A stretch of DNA of 36,931 bases from Alphaproteobacteria bacterium (lineage in GTDB: Bacteria > Pseudomonadota > Alphaproteobacteria > JAJTHO01 > CANGXP01). The stretch spans positions 1-36,931 of the forward strand of contig JANMDF010000072.1 of assembly GCA_031376145.1 (NCBI GenBank). The letters run 5' to 3'. The translations under genes were made by a program, and so were the position numbers. Within the stretch, counting starts at the first letter, position 1. Each line of letters starts with the position of its first letter. Positions 15,699 to 26,242 of the stretch are shown here, one piece after another. The notes under the pieces were generated by a model that had not been told where the DNA came from, did no database searches, and saw only the letters and a program-made list of their open reading frames with translations.

Positions 15699-16884
15699 AC
15701 CATCAATCAAAAAAGTCCTGATTATTGTTGAAAACCTGCCTGTTCCCTTTGACCGGCGGGTGTGGCAGGAGGCAACAACCCTCCAGCAGAACGGGTATCA
15801 AGTCAGCATTATCTGTCCCACCGGCAAGGGCTGTTATCATCGCTATGAATGCCTGGAGGGCATTCATATTTACCGGCACCCCCTGCCGCTGGAAGCCACT
15901 AATGCCCTGGGTTATCTGTATGAATACAGTGCTGCCCTGTTCTGGGAGTTTATTTTAAGTATCAGGATTTACCGACGGCATGGCTTTGATGTTATCCATG
16001 CCTGCAACCCACCGGATTTGATTTTTCTGATTGGCGCATTCTGGAAACTGTTTGGCAAAAAATTTCTGTTTGACCATCACGATGTTAACCCGGAGCTGTT
16101 TGAAGCCAAGTTCGGCAAGCGCGGCTTCCTCTATCGTACCATCTGCTGGCTGGAGCGCATGACGTTTCAACTGGCGGATGTATCCATTGCCACCAATGAA
16201 TCTTATAAGAAAATTGCTATTGAGCGCGGTAAAATGCCTGCGGAAAAAGTAGTGGTGGTACGCAGTGGCCCCTCCCTGGAACGCCTGAAAATCCTGCCAC
16301 CAACCCCTGCCCTGAAAAAAGGCAAAAATTTTCTGATCAGTTATGTGGGCGTCATGGGGCAGCAGGAAGGGATTCACTATCTGCTGGAAGCCGCCGCGCA
16401 CATTCGGCAACATCACCGTCGTAACGATATTCATTATGGCCTGGTCGGCGGTGGTTCCGAAGTAGACGCCATGCGCCGCAGAGCAGAAGAACTTGGAATT
16501 GGCGATATTATTACTTTTACCGGTCGGGTGCATGATGCTGAAATGCTGGCCATGCTGAATACCGCTGATATCTGTATCAATCCAGACACGTTCAATGCCA
16601 TGAACGACAAGTCCACCATGAACAAAATCATGGAATACATGGCACTGGGCAAACCCATTGTGCAGTTCGATTTGACCGAAGGCCGGTTTTCCGCTGGTGA
16701 AGCCTCACTCTATGCAACGCCTAATGACAGCGTGGATCTGGCCACCAAAATTATTACGCTGCTGGAAGATCCTGGTTTACGACAGCATATGGGTGCCATT
16801 GGCCGCCATCGCATTGAGACCCTGTTTGAATGGCGCTTTGAGGCACCAAAATTGTTACGCGCCTACACATTATTGTCACAATAA
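15682..16884 (+). CDS. Family-4 glycosyltransferase
   Basis: From ATG 15682: MASAGKPSIKKVLIIVENLPVPFDRRVWQEATTL. The C-terminal GT1/GT4 region reads VGVMGQQEG...FTGRV...ICINPD. It overlaps the upstream gene by 17 nt. Confidence 0.85.
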   Translation: MASAGKPSIKKVLIIVENLPVPFDRRVWQEATTLQQNGYQVSIICPTGKGCYHRYECLEGIHIYRHPLPLEATNALGYLYEYSAALFWEFILSIRIYRRHGFDVIHACNPPDLIFLIGAFWKLFGKKFLFDHHDVNPELFEAKFGKRGFLYRTICWLERMTFQLADVSIATNESYKKIAIERGKMPAEKVVVVRSGPSLERLKILPPTPALKKGKNFLISYVGVMGQQEGIHYLLEAAAHIRQHHRRNDIHYGLVGGGSEVDAMRRRAEELGIGDIITFTGRVHDAEMLAMLNTADICINPDTFNAMNDKSTMNKIMEYMALGKPIVQFDLTEGRFSAGEASLYATPNDSVDLATKIITLLEDPGLRQHMGAIGRHRIETLFEWRFEAPKLLRAYTLLSQ

Positions 16885-17007
16885 ATCCACAAAGTGGCAC
16901 TGGTGTTTTACGGAAATATTTTTATACAGTTTAATAGCTAGGATAATTGACAGTGTTATATCACACTCGTATTCCATAGTTTCAGTACAACAAATCAGGG
17001 ATCTGCC

Positions 17008-17391
17008 GTGAATCCGACCCCATCCAACCGGCCATTATCACCGCATTTGCAGGTGTATAAGCCGCAACTGACCTCTATTCTTTCCATCAGCCATCGTTTA
17101 ACCGGCCTCATTCTCTCTGCCGGTGCCGTCATGCTGGTGATGTGGCTACTGGGCATTGCCTTTGACCGGGATTTTTATGATGCGCTGGTCATCAGCCTGC
17201 AGACCATGCTGGGGCGTGCCGCTTTGGTCGTATGGGTGTTTAGTTTCTATTACCACCTGGGTAATGGTATCCGGCATCTGTTCTGGGATGCCGGCAAAGG
17301 TTTTGAGTTGAAGAGTGTCTACGCAAGCGGTTATGCGGTGGTAATTTTTGCAATCGCTGCAACCGTCCTCACCTGGGGAGTGCCTTTATAA
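17008..17391 (+). CDS. sdhC: Succinate dehydrogenase cytochrome b556 subunit
   Basis: GTG start. RPLSPHLQVYKPQLTSILSISHRLTG is the SdhC signature. Confidence 0.9.
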   Translation: MNPTPSNRPLSPHLQVYKPQLTSILSISHRLTGLILSAGAVMLVMWLLGIAFDRDFYDALVISLQTMLGRAALVVWVFSFYYHLGNGIRHLFWDAGKGFELKSVYASGYAVVIFAIAATVLTWGVPL

Positions 17392-17786
17392 TGCGTACAG
17401 AAAAACAACAACTGGCCACCGATCTCGCCAAAGCGCGTGGCCTTGGCTCTGCCAAGACCGGCACGCATCACTGGTGGCTGCAACGCGTCACCGCCGTTGC
17501 GCTGATTCCGTTGTCCATCTGGTTTATGTCAGCCATCATCAAACTGCCGAGCATGGAACATGCCGAGGCTTATGCCTGGCTTTCCGATCCATGGCACGGC
17601 ATTCTCATGCTGCTGTTTGTTCCTACCGCCATTGTTCACGCATTGCTGGGTGTGCAGGTCGTTATTGAGGATTACGTACACGGCCACGGCGCAAAAATTG
17701 GCATGCTGCTGGCGACAAAGTTTCTGGGGTACGGCCTGGCGGTTACGGCTGTGCTGGCTATTATTAAAACTGTTATTGGAGCCTGA
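17391..17786 (+). CDS. sdhD: Succinate dehydrogenase membrane anchor subunit
   Basis: TAATG overlap with sdh[17 protein letters not shown] is the SdhD signature, and there are three hydrophobic helices. Confidence 0.9.
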   Translation: MRTEKQQLATDLAKARGLGSAKTGTHHWWLQRVTAVALIPLSIWFMSAIIKLPSMEHAEAYAWLSDPWHGILMLLFVPTAIVHALLGVQVVIEDYVHGHGAKIGMLLATKFLGYGLAVTAVLAIIKTVIGA

Positions 17787-17788
17787 AC

Positions 17789-19579
17789 ATGGCGGCAGCC
17801 TATCAAATCATTGATCATTATTATGATGTCGTTGTTGTCGGTGCCGGTGGTGCAGGTTTGCGTGCCACGCTGGGCATGACGGCTGCTGGCCTGAAAACCG
17901 CCTGCGTTACCAAGGTCTTTCCTACCCGCTCTCACACCGTGGCCGCACAGGGTGGTGTTGCTGCCGCCCTGGGGAATCTGGACGAAGATTCCTGGGTAAA
18001 TCATATGTATGATACCGTCAAAGGCTCTGACTGGCTGGGTGATCAGGATGCCATTGAATACATGTGCCGCGAAGCTATTCCCGCTATTATCGAGCTGGAA
18101 AACATGGGGGTTCCATTCTCCCGTACTGAAGATGGTAAAATCTACCAGCGCCCGTTTGGTGGGCATACGGTTAACCAGGGCGAGAAAATGGCACGCCGCG
18201 CCTGTGCGGCGGCTGACCGTACCGGCCATGCCATTCTGCACACCCTGTATCAGCAGTGCCTGAAATACAATGCTGAATTTTTTGTAGAGTATTTTGCCCT
18301 GGATCTGATTTTTGATGGCGAAGGAACATGCCGTGGTATCCTGGCCTTATGCCTGGAAGATGGTTCCATGCATCGCTTTTATGGACATCAGACCGTACTG
18401 GCCACCGGCGGCTTTGGTCGTGTATATTTTTCCTGTACATCGGCGCATACCTGCACCGGGGATGGTGGGGCAATGGCGCTGCGTGCTGGCCTGCCGTTAC
18501 AGGATCTGGAATTTGTGCAGTTTCACCCTACCGGTATTTATGGGGCAGGCTGTCTGATTACCGAAGGGGCACGCGGGGAAGGTGGATACCTGACCAATTC
18601 CAAAGGCGAACGCTTCATGGAACGCTATGCCCCCAATGCAAAAGACCTGGCTTCCCGTGATGTCGTCAGTCGCTCGATGACCATGGAAGTGCGCGAAGGG
18701 CGCGGTGTTGGTGCGGAAAACGATCATATTTTCCTGCATCTGGAACACCTGGGGGCAGATGTCCTGCATCAGCGTCTGCCTGGTATTTCTGAAACCGCCA
18801 AAATTTTTGCCGGTGTTGACGTAACGAAAGCCCCCATTCCCGTGCAACCCACCGTACACTATAATATGGGCGGTATTCCTACCAATTATCATGGCGAAGT
18901 GTTACGCCCCACCAAGAAGAATCCTGATGCCGTCTGCCCGGGTCTGATGGCTATTGGCGAGGCAGCGTGTGTGTCGGTACACGGTGCAAACCGGCTGGGC
19001 TGTAATTCTCTGCTGGACATTGTGGTGTTTGGCCGTGGGGCAGCCATGCGGGCAGCAGAACTGATCAAGCCTGACAGCCCCCATAAGCCAGTACCTGCCA
19101 GCGACAGTGATGCGGCATTAAGCCGTTTTGATAAAGTCCGCCATGCCAAAGGCGAGGCCAGTGTTGCGGACTTACGCCTGCAGATGCAGAAAACCATGCA
19201 GAATAACTGTGCCGTTTTCCGCACCACCGAAGTCCTGCAGGAAGGCGTCGATAAAATGACCAAAATTGCCAGTCAAGTGGCTGACATCGGCATTAATGAC
19301 CGCTCCCTCATCTGGAACAGTGACCTGGTGGAAGCCCTGGAACTGGATAACCTCATGGCACAGGCCATTACCACCATGCATTCCGCCAACGAACGTAAGG
19401 AAAGCCGTGGTGCTCACGCCCAGGAGGATTTCCCGGATCGTGACGATGAAAACTGGATGAAACACACGCTGGCCTGGGTTGATGCCAAGGGCAAGGTCAA
19501 GATCGACTACCGCCCGGTGCATTACTATACATTGAACAAAGAAACGGAAGTGGTACCGGCGAAGAAGCGGGTGTATTAG
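17789..19579 (+). CDS. sdhA: Succinate dehydrogenase flavoprotein subunit
   Basis: [18 protein letters not shown] fold, SHTVAAQGG containing the His for covalent FAD, and a conserved C-terminus. 596 aa. Confidence 0.95.
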   Translation: MAAAYQIIDHYYDVVVVGAGGAGLRATLGMTAAGLKTACVTKVFPTRSHTVAAQGGVAAALGNLDEDSWVNHMYDTVKGSDWLGDQDAIEYMCREAIPAIIELENMGVPFSRTEDGKIYQRPFGGHTVNQGEKMARRACAAADRTGHAILHTLYQQCLKYNAEFFVEYFALDLIFDGEGTCRGILALCLEDGSMHRFYGHQTVLATGGFGRVYFSCTSAHTCTGDGGAMALRAGLPLQDLEFVQFHPTGIYGAGCLITEGARGEGGYLTNSKGERFMERYAPNAKDLASRDVVSRSMTMEVREGRGVGAENDHIFLHLEHLGADVLHQRLPGISETAKIFAGVDVTKAPIPVQPTVHYNMGGIPTNYHGEVLRPTKKNPDAVCPGLMAIGEAACVSVHGANRLGCNSLLDIVVFGRGAAMRAAELIKPDSPHKPVPASDSDAALSRFDKVRHAKGEASVADLRLQMQKTMQNNCAVFRTTEVLQEGVDKMTKIASQVADIGINDRSLIWNSDLVEALELDNLMAQAITTMHSANERKESRGAHAQEDFPDRDDENWMKHTLAWVDAKGKVKIDYRPVHYYTLNKETEVVPAKKRVY

Positions 19580-19589
19580 GGTTCGCAAT

Positions 19590-19826
19590 ATGCCCACTGT
19601 TTTGCGCCAGCAAGGATACCGCTTTTTCTTTTACTCTTTGGAAGGGAAAAGCAAACCACACATACGTGTGTTCAGAGCAGGCGCAGAGGCAAAAATTTGG
19701 CTTTCTCCCATAGACTTAGCAAAAAATTCAGGCTTTCCTTCTTATGAATTACAAAGCATCTTCAAAATAGTAGAGTCTCACGAAAGCATGTTATTGGATA
19801 AATGGTATGAGTATTTTGGTTATTGA
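19590..19826 (+). CDS. DUF4160-family small protein
   Basis: MPTVLRQQGYRFFFYSLEGKSKPHIRVFRAGAEAKIWLSPI...LLDKWYEYF fits the DUF4160 pattern (FFFYSxExxxPHxHV...AKxWL). It starts 10 nt after the sdhA stop. Confidence 0.75.
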   Translation: MPTVLRQQGYRFFFYSLEGKSKPHIRVFRAGAEAKIWLSPIDLAKNSGFPSYELQSIFKIVESHESMLLDKWYEYFGY

Positions 19827-20082
19827 TGAGGACTGTGTTGCAGCCAAAAAAGTTGTCTGCACCAACACCCACCTTGTTCTCACCCTCGAAGGTGGACATG
19901 AGGTTCACGCCCCACTGTGGTTTTATCCACGTCTACATCAGGCAACCGCGTCACAACGAGCGCACTACGAGATTATGCGTTTTGGCATCCACTGGCCAGA
20001 TATCGATGAAGATTTAAGTATTAAAGGCATTTTAGAAGGCCGCAAGGCTCCTGGTGCAACCCCACCTGATAACATTAATTAA
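19807..20082 (+). CDS. DUF2442-family small protein
   Basis: [56 protein letters not shown] fits the DUF2442 pattern (YPRL..AT...R......G.GIHWPDLDEDLS). It overlaps the DUF4160 gene by 20 nt. Confidence 0.75.
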   Translation: MSILVIDEDCVAAKKVVCTNTHLVLTLEGGHEVHAPLWFYPRLHQATASQRAHYEIMRFGIHWPDIDEDLSIKGILEGRKAPGATPPDNIN

Positions 20083-20105
20083 AAGCAGCAAGCATAGGCA
20101 GAATC

Positions 20106-20888
20106 ATGGCTGAATTCACCCTCCCCAAAAACTCCAAAGTCACCAAAGGCAAGGATTTTCCAAAGCCTGAAGGCGCGAAGCGTACTAAAAAATTCAACAT
20201 TTATCGCTGGAATCCTGAGGATACCCAGAATCCGCGCCTGGACAGCTATCATATCGATCTGGAAAAGTGCGGCCCCATGGTGCTGGACGCATTGATCAAA
20301 ATTAAAAATGAGGTTGATACCACGGTCACCTTTCGCCGCTCCTGCCGTGAGGGGATTTGCGGCAGTTGCTCCATGAACATTGACGGCACCAATACCCTGG
20401 CCTGCCTCAAGCCCATTGACGAGGTTAAAGGCGATATTAATATTTATCCCCTGCCGCACATGCCGGTGGTAAAGGATCTGGTGCCGGATCTGAACCATGT
20501 TTACGCACAATATAAATCCATCAAACCGTGGCTGCAGGCCGACAGCAAGCCACCTGCTGGCAAAGAGTTCAAGCAGAGCGTTGAAGAACGGGAATTGCTG
20601 GATGGGATGTGGGAGTGTATTTTGTGCTTCTGCTGTTCTACCAGCTGCCCAAGCTACTGGTGGAATGGGGATAAGTATTTAGGGCCGGCTGTGCTGTTAC
20701 AAGCCTACCGCTGGATTCAGGACAGCCGCGATGAGGCCACCGGTGCCCGCCTGGATGATCTGGAAGATCCGTTCAAGCTGTATCGTTGCCACACCATCAT
20801 GAACTGCACCAAAACCTGCCCCAAAGGATTAAATCCCGCCAAAGCGATTGCCGGCATCAAGCAGAAGATGGTTGAACGGCAGCTGTAA
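20106..20888 (+). CDS. sdhB: Succinate dehydrogenase iron-sulfur subunit
   Basis: It carries the [32 protein letters not shown] and [17 protein letters not shown] cysteine clusters. Confidence 0.95.
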   Translation: MAEFTLPKNSKVTKGKDFPKPEGAKRTKKFNIYRWNPEDTQNPRLDSYHIDLEKCGPMVLDALIKIKNEVDTTVTFRRSCREGICGSCSMNIDGTNTLACLKPIDEVKGDINIYPLPHMPVVKDLVPDLNHVYAQYKSIKPWLQADSKPPAGKEFKQSVEERELLDGMWECILCFCCSTSCPSYWWNGDKYLGPAVLLQAYRWIQDSRDEATGARLDDLEDPFKLYRCHTIMNCTKTCPKGLNPAKAIAGIKQKMVERQL

Positions 20889-20997
20889 AAAGGGTATACA
20901 CGCATGTGTAGCATGTTGGAGATGACCCATTAGCCTTGCCATAAAGTTAAACGATGCATACACCACCCCTGCCGCCATCCAGGCTGCGGATGTTGCG

Positions 20998-22005
20998 GTG
21001 TATCGTCGTCTTGCCGTGTGGCTTCTGGTCTGTTCCGCCATGATCTGGATCATGGTTGTTATTGGGGGCATCACCCGCCTTACTGAGTCTGGCCTCTCTA
21101 TCGTGGAATGGAAGCCCTTCACCGGCATCCTGCCCCCCATCAGTGATGCGGCCTGGCAGGTGGAATTCGCCAAATACAAACAATACCCTGAGTATCAGCA
21201 GATTAACCGTGGCATGAGCCTGGATGCTTTCAAGAACATTTTCTGGTGGGAATATGCGCACCGTATGTGGGGCAGACTGATTGGCCTTGCTTTTCTAGTT
21301 CCATTAATCATCGCCATTCGCAAAAACCTGCCTATGCGTGACAAACGTAATCTAGCGGGTCTGTTGCTACTGGTCGGATTGCAGGGGGGCATGGGCTGGC
21401 TCATGGTGCACAGTGGGCTGCAGCAGGCACCGGATGTCAGTCCGTATCGGTTGACGGCGCATCTGCTGCTGGCGATGGTGCTGTTGACGCTAACCTGGCG
21501 CATGATGTTGTCATACCGTCGCCTGTCGACACCCAACCCCCGTACCATGCATGCTGATCGTCTGCCCACGATCATGCTGGGTCTGTGTTTTGTGACCATT
21601 GCCATTGGCGGCCTGGTAGCGGGACATAACGCCGGACTTATTTATAATACTTTTCCGTTCATGGCTGGCAGCCTTGTCCCAGGGGAGTTGTTTTTTTATG
21701 AACCCTGGTTCAGTAATTTGTACGCCAATCCGGTAACGGTGCAGTGGCTGCACCGGGTGTTTGCCATGGTCACGTTTCTGACAGCTGCGGCCACCTGGTA
21801 TCGTTTTGAACGACAGGACAGCAGCCAGGCATTACGGATCGGTGCACGGGCACTGCTGGCCTCTGTCAGTGTACAGATGATGCTGGGCATCACAACACTG
21901 GTGTGGAATGTACCACTGGTTATAGCCTCCCTGCATCAGGCCAATGCTGTTCTGGTATTGTTGTCTGCCGTCACCGTGGGCTGGTTAGCCCGAAGAGCTA
22001 CCTGA
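20998..22005 (+). CDS. ctaA: Heme A synthase (COX15/CtaA)
   Basis: GTG start. GGITRLTESGLSIVEWKPFTGILPPISDAAWQVEFAKYKQYPEY and WWEYAHRMWGR are COX15 hallmarks. Confidence 0.9.
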   Translation: MYRRLAVWLLVCSAMIWIMVVIGGITRLTESGLSIVEWKPFTGILPPISDAAWQVEFAKYKQYPEYQQINRGMSLDAFKNIFWWEYAHRMWGRLIGLAFLVPLIIAIRKNLPMRDKRNLAGLLLLVGLQGGMGWLMVHSGLQQAPDVSPYRLTAHLLLAMVLLTLTWRMMLSYRRLSTPNPRTMHADRLPTIMLGLCFVTIAIGGLVAGHNAGLIYNTFPFMAGSLVPGELFFYEPWFSNLYANPVTVQWLHRVFAMVTFLTAAATWYRFERQDSSQALRIGARALLASVSVQMMLGITTLVWNVPLVIASLHQANAVLVLLSAVTVGWLARRAT

Positions 22006-23181
22006 AAATAATGATAATCCCATAGCATGGTGTTGTACGCTGCGCTTGAGCGGCGCGCACTGGTCAAAAGCGTATAAGCCAATACAACGCAAGGCATGTA
22101 AGGCAGGATTGTTGTTGGAGAAGAGTGTATTCAAGCCGTGCAATGCAGTTTGCATCACCTGCACATCCAATTGACGGCGGTCGTTGTATGCCTTCAGGAT
22201 ATTACACGCACCAGGATCCAGTCCCAGGCGTTGGTGTGTTTGCAGCAACGCTACAATCGCCTTGGTATCCCGCACCCCCAGGTTAAATCCCTGCCCGGCC
22301 AGCGGGTGCACATGATGCGCAGCATCTCCTACCAGCGCAAGGCGTTCTGCAACAAATTGACTGGCCTGTATCGCCTGCAGAGGATACGTTTTGCGCACAC
22401 TCCCTAACCTTAGAATCCCCAGCGCATCGCCAAACTGTTGCTGCAGACCCTGACAGAAAATATCCTCTGGCAGGGCGGCAAGCTGTTGTGCACGTTCAGT
22501 TGGCAATGTCCAGACCAGCGATGCCTGCTGAACTGGCAGTGGCAGCATGGCGATAGGGCCTGTGGTCATGAAATGCTCATACGCTGTTCCCTGGTGCGGT
22601 TTTTCCGTATGGATGGTAGCAACAATGGCCGTTTGATGATAATCACGATGGGTGACTGGGATACCTGCCAGGCGGCGTACACTGGAAAATTTTCCATCAC
22701 TGGCCAGCAACAGACTGCTGCGTACTGTTTCCCCAATATCAAGATCTGTCATGATGCTTGTACTGTCCCGCTGTAAACCGGTTATGCGTGCTTTGATAAC
22801 CTGTTGTGTGGTAAATTTTTCGGGAAGACTGGCATGCAGTGCCTGACGCAGATCAGGATTGTACACAATATAGCCCATGGGTCGTGTGGTGCTATCAAAA
22901 TGCGTTCTGGCGGTGCTGTGCCCATCACGCACCATAATACGCTGTATGGCCGTTGCCTTGGGCGCCAATACCTTCCAGATGCCAAGATCATCCAGATAGG
23001 CTGCCGTTGCCGCCGAAAGGGCTGTTGTCAGCACGGATTCCTCAGTGGCGGCGTTGATCCCTGCAGGATCCAGCAATACGGGTGTAATGCCTGCCTGACA
23101 CAGAGCATTGGCTAACAGCAGACCATTGAGACCGGCACCAGCCACCACCACCGCATGATGTGTTTGCAACATTTTTTTCAT
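21985..23181 (-). CDS. UbiH/UbiF/VisC/COQ6-family FAD-dependent ubiquinone hydroxylase
   Basis: VVVAGAGLNGLLLANAL dinucleotide fold, LVGDAAHHVHPLAGQGFNLGVRD motif. 398 aa. Confidence 0.85.
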   Translation of the reverse strand: MKKMLQTHHAVVVAGAGLNGLLLANALCQAGITPVLLDPAGINAATEESVLTTALSAATAAYLDDLGIWKVLAPKATAIQRIMVRDGHSTARTHFDSTTRPMGYIVYNPDLRQALHASLPEKFTTQQVIKARITGLQRDSTSIMTDLDIGETVRSSLLLASDGKFSSVRRLAGIPVTHRDYHQTAIVATIHTEKPHQGTAYEHFMTTGPIAMLPLPVQQASLVWTLPTERAQQLAALPEDIFCQGLQQQFGDALGILRLGSVRKTYPLQAIQASQFVAERLALVGDAAHHVHPLAGQGFNLGVRDTKAIVALLQTHQRLGLDPGACNILKAYNDRRQLDVQVMQTALHGLNTLFSNNNPALHALRCIGLYAFDQCAPLKRSVQHHAMGLSLFSGSSSG

Positions 23182-23270
23182 CTCCGGCGTTTCCTTTACA
23201 CTTTATTAACAGGAATACTTGGAAAGTGCCAGCCTGAGGCGTATGCTCCGCCGTAAAAAGGAATTCCAGA

Positions 23271-25586
23271 ATGGCACGTGCCATGACAAAAGATAAGCGC
23301 ATCACCCTGTTGCCACCGGCACTGGCACAGCTGATATCTGTCGCCATGCAGCGTGTGCTGGGCGCAGCCATGATACTGCTGGCCATATGGGTAACGCTGG
23401 CCTGTATCAGCCATGATCCGTCTGATCCCTCGCTCAACACAGCCGGTGATGGTCTGGTAAGCAACAGAATGGGCACTTTAGGCGCAGATGTCAGTGATTT
23501 CCTGCTGCAGACACTGGGACTTGGTGCCAGTGCCGTAATGCTGCTGCTGGCGGGAACAGGATTGAATATGGTGAGTGGGCGGCAGGTATCCCGCTTCAGT
23601 TATCGTGTGCTGGCAGCAATCAGTACCGTCCTGTTGGCAGCGACAGGTTTTGCCGCCATACCTCCAGCCTCCGCCTGGAGTATGTCCAGCAGTATGGGTG
23701 GTGGCGTTGGTATGCTGCTGTTGAACCTACTGAATAACAGCTTTCATCTGTTAACCTACCTGCATGCATATATCGTTGCCGGAACACTGCTGGCAGTGGC
23801 ATTGTTTCTGGGGCAGTATGCCCTGGCACTGCGCTACAGTGCCTTTATACAACCGTTCAAATGGCTGGCGCGCAGAATGGCTGGCGTATCCATTCCAGTT
23901 ATTGCCATGCCTGCTGTGCCCGCCGGTTTAAAAAGCGTCGCTGCCAGCCTGCTGCAGCGACGCCTGCGCACTGAAGCACTGGCAGCAGCACCTGCAGCAA
24001 CTGCTGATGTCGTGCAGACACCGCGCAGCCGTAAAAAAGCCACCGTTCCTAATACGGCAAAGCCCACGGCATCCGAGCGTACACCTGGCATCAGTGTCCG
24101 CAATGACGTCAGCATTGCGTTGCCATCCCTGGACTTACTCAGTATCGCCAAGAGCAAAGGGACAACCGTTGACAAGCGTACCCTTAACGAACGCACCCAA
24201 CAGTTGAACCAGGTGCTGCAGGACTTTGGTATAAAAGGAGAAATTGTTGACTCTCACCCAGGCCCCGTTGTTACACTCTATGAAATGGAACCGGCACCAG
24301 GCATTAAATCGGCGCGTATCATCAGCCTGGCTGATGATATTGCCCGCTCCATGAGTTCTATATCGGCACGTGTTGCTGTAGTGCCTGGCCGCAATGTGAT
24401 TGGCATTGAACTGCCAAATGCCCAGCGCGAAACAGTGCTGTTGCGTCAGATTCTGGCGCATGAAAGCTTTGAGCAGACCAGAACCAAACTGCCGCTGGCA
24501 CTGGGCAAAGATATTGGCGGCAATCCGGTGACTGTTGACCTGGCCAAAATGCCGCATCTGCTGGTGGCAGGGACTACAGGTTCAGGTAAATCCGTAGCCG
24601 TTAACGCCATGATATTGTCATTATTGTATAAACTGACGCCGCAGCAATGCCGCTTTATCATGATTGATCCCAAGATGCTGGAATTGTCTGTCTATGATGA
24701 CATCCCACATCTGCTGACCCCCGTGGTCACCGATCCGAAAAAAGCGGTTGTTGCCCTGAAATGGACGGTGCGTGAGATGGAGCAGCGTTATCAGGCCATG
24801 TCCAAATTGGGTGTACGCAATATTGAAGGCTACAACGAACGTATTCTGCAGGCGCGGGACACCGGCGAAGTCCTGCATCGCCGCGTGCAGACCGGATATG
24901 ATCCGGATACCGGTAAACCTGTCTATGAAGATCAACCGCTATCGCATGAAACATTGCCTTATATTGTCGTTATCGTCGATGAAATGGCTGATCTGATGCT
25001 GGTTGCCGGTAAAGATATTGAGGCCACCATTCAACGCCTGGCACAAATGGCGCGGGCAGCCGGTATCCATATTATCATGGCCACCCAGCGTCCGTCCGTG
25101 GATGTCATTACCGGCACGATTAAAGCCAACTTCCCCACGCGCATCAGCTTTCAGGTAACATCCAAAATTGACAGCCGCACTATTCTGAGCGAGCAGGGCG
25201 CCGAACAGCTGCTGGGTCAGGGGGATATGCTGTATATGGCCGGTGGTGGCCGTATTTCGCGCATTCATGGCCCCTTCGTATCGGATGGTGAAGTGGAAAG
25301 CGTTGTCGCTTTCCTGAAAGAACAGGGCGCACCCCGCTATGTTGATGATATTACCGTTGAGGAAGATGAAGATGCCTCCGGTGAAGCACGTGACAAAAGC
25401 GACGATCCCATGTATGATGAAGCACTGAACGTGATTCTTCGGGAAGGCAAAGTCTCTACCAGCTTCATCCAGCGTCATTTACAGGTCGGTTATAACCGTG
25501 CCGCCCGTATTATTGAGAAAATGGAGCAGGAAGGGGTGGTCAGCAAGGCCAATGCCACCGGCAAACGAGAGATACTGATTCGATGA
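23271..25586 (+). CDS. ftsK: DNA translocase FtsK
   Basis: N-terminal TM helices, a linker, then a motor domain with PHLLVAGTTGSGKSVAVNAMI and VVIVDEMADLM. The C-terminal gamma wHTH reads YDEALNVILREGKVSTSFIQRHLQVGYNRAARIIEKME. Confidence 0.95.
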   Translation: MARAMTKDKRITLLPPALAQLISVAMQRVLGAAMILLAIWVTLACISHDPSDPSLNTAGDGLVSNRMGTLGADVSDFLLQTLGLGASAVMLLLAGTGLNMVSGRQVSRFSYRVLAAISTVLLAATGFAAIPPASAWSMSSSMGGGVGMLLLNLLNNSFHLLTYLHAYIVAGTLLAVALFLGQYALALRYSAFIQPFKWLARRMAGVSIPVIAMPAVPAGLKSVAASLLQRRLRTEALAAAPAATADVVQTPRSRKKATVPNTAKPTASERTPGISVRNDVSIALPSLDLLSIAKSKGTTVDKRTLNERTQQLNQVLQDFGIKGEIVDSHPGPVVTLYEMEPAPGIKSARIISLADDIARSMSSISARVAVVPGRNVIGIELPNAQRETVLLRQILAHESFEQTRTKLPLALGKDIGGNPVTVDLAKMPHLLVAGTTGSGKSVAVNAMILSLLYKLTPQQCRFIMIDPKMLELSVYDDIPHLLTPVVTDPKKAVVALKWTVREMEQRYQAMSKLGVRNIEGYNERILQARDTGEVLHRRVQTGYDPDTGKPVYEDQPLSHETLPYIVVIVDEMADLMLVAGKDIEATIQRLAQMARAAGIHIIMATQRPSVDVITGTIKANFPTRISFQVTSKIDSRTILSEQGAEQLLGQGDMLYMAGGGRISRIHGPFVSDGEVESVVAFLKEQGAPRYVDDITVEEDEDASGEARDKSDDPMYDEALNVILREGKVSTSFIQRHLQVGYNRAARIIEKMEQEGVVSKANATGKREILIR

Positions 25587-26242
25587 AGTTTATCCTTTTG
25601 TGCCTTGCCTGGCTGTTGTCATCCTCGCTGGCGATTGCACAGCCTGCAGACCCAACGATGTACATCCCCGAGCCGAAAGTTTATACAGGTAAGGAGCTAG
25701 AGACTATTAGACGTGTACAGACTTACCTTGCTAATATCACCTCTTTCCAGGCTAGTTTCAAAGAATACAAGGATGATGGCACCTTATACGGCAGTGGCCA
25801 GATCTTTGCCAAACGCCCCTGGAAACTTCGCATTGAATATCGTCCCCCTGTCTATGTGCAGGTGGTTGGCGATGGCAGCCAGTTTGTGTACTATGACAGC
25901 CAACTGGACGAAGTGAACTACGTCAGCAGGTCTGAAAGCAAACTTGATTTTCTGATTGGCGATACCGTCAACCTTTTTGATCCCGAACTTTATGTAACGG
26001 CTGTTGAAAAAGACGGATTTATTGCTGTAAGCATAAGGCCGCGTAGAAACACCGAAGCCCCCCCCATGATTTTATACCTGGACAGAGCTTCCTTGCGCCT
26101 GCAGCAATGGCAGTATTTTGATAATCAAGGCAAGACCCGCACCTTGAAATTTACCGGCCTCAGCACAAACCTGACGCTGCAGGATCGCTTGTTTATTTTC
26201 GCCCGTCCTATTAAAAAAACCGGTTCAGGCGCAGGCCGCTGA
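25583..26242 (+). CDS. lolA: LolA-like outer-membrane lipoprotein carrier
   Basis: ATGA overlap with ftsK, the classic ftsK-lolA synteny. The signal peptide is MKFILLCLAWLLSSSLAIA. The size and beta-rich sequence fit LolA. Confidence 0.7.
   Translation: MKFILLCLAWLLSSSLAIAQPADPTMYIPEPKVYTGKELETIRRVQTYLANITSFQASFKEYKDDGTLYGSGQIFAKRPWKLRIEYRPPVYVQVVGDGSQFVYYDSQLDEVNYVSRSESKLDFLIGDTVNLFDPELYVTAVEKDGFIAVSIRPRRNTEAPPMILYLDRASLRLQQWQYFDNQGKTRTLKFTGLSTNLTLQDRLFIFARPIKKTGSGAGR

Noticed and set aside
15955-16533. A 192-aa minus-strand ORF.
   Set aside because: It is antisense to the well-supported GT4 glycosyltransferase, so it is a shadow ORF.
17672-18241. A 189-aa minus-strand ORF.
   Set aside because: It is antisense to sdhD and sdhA, so it is a shadow ORF.
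21985-22005. A convergent 21-nt overlap of the ctaA and UbiH-like gene ends, and a similar 18-nt overlap of lolA with the oxidoreductase gene at 26225-26242.
   Set aside because: Short convergent overlaps are common in compact bacterial genomes. Nothing indicates a regulatory role.
24939-25478. A 179-aa minus-strand ORF.
   Set aside because: It is antisense to the FtsK motor domain, so it is a shadow ORF.
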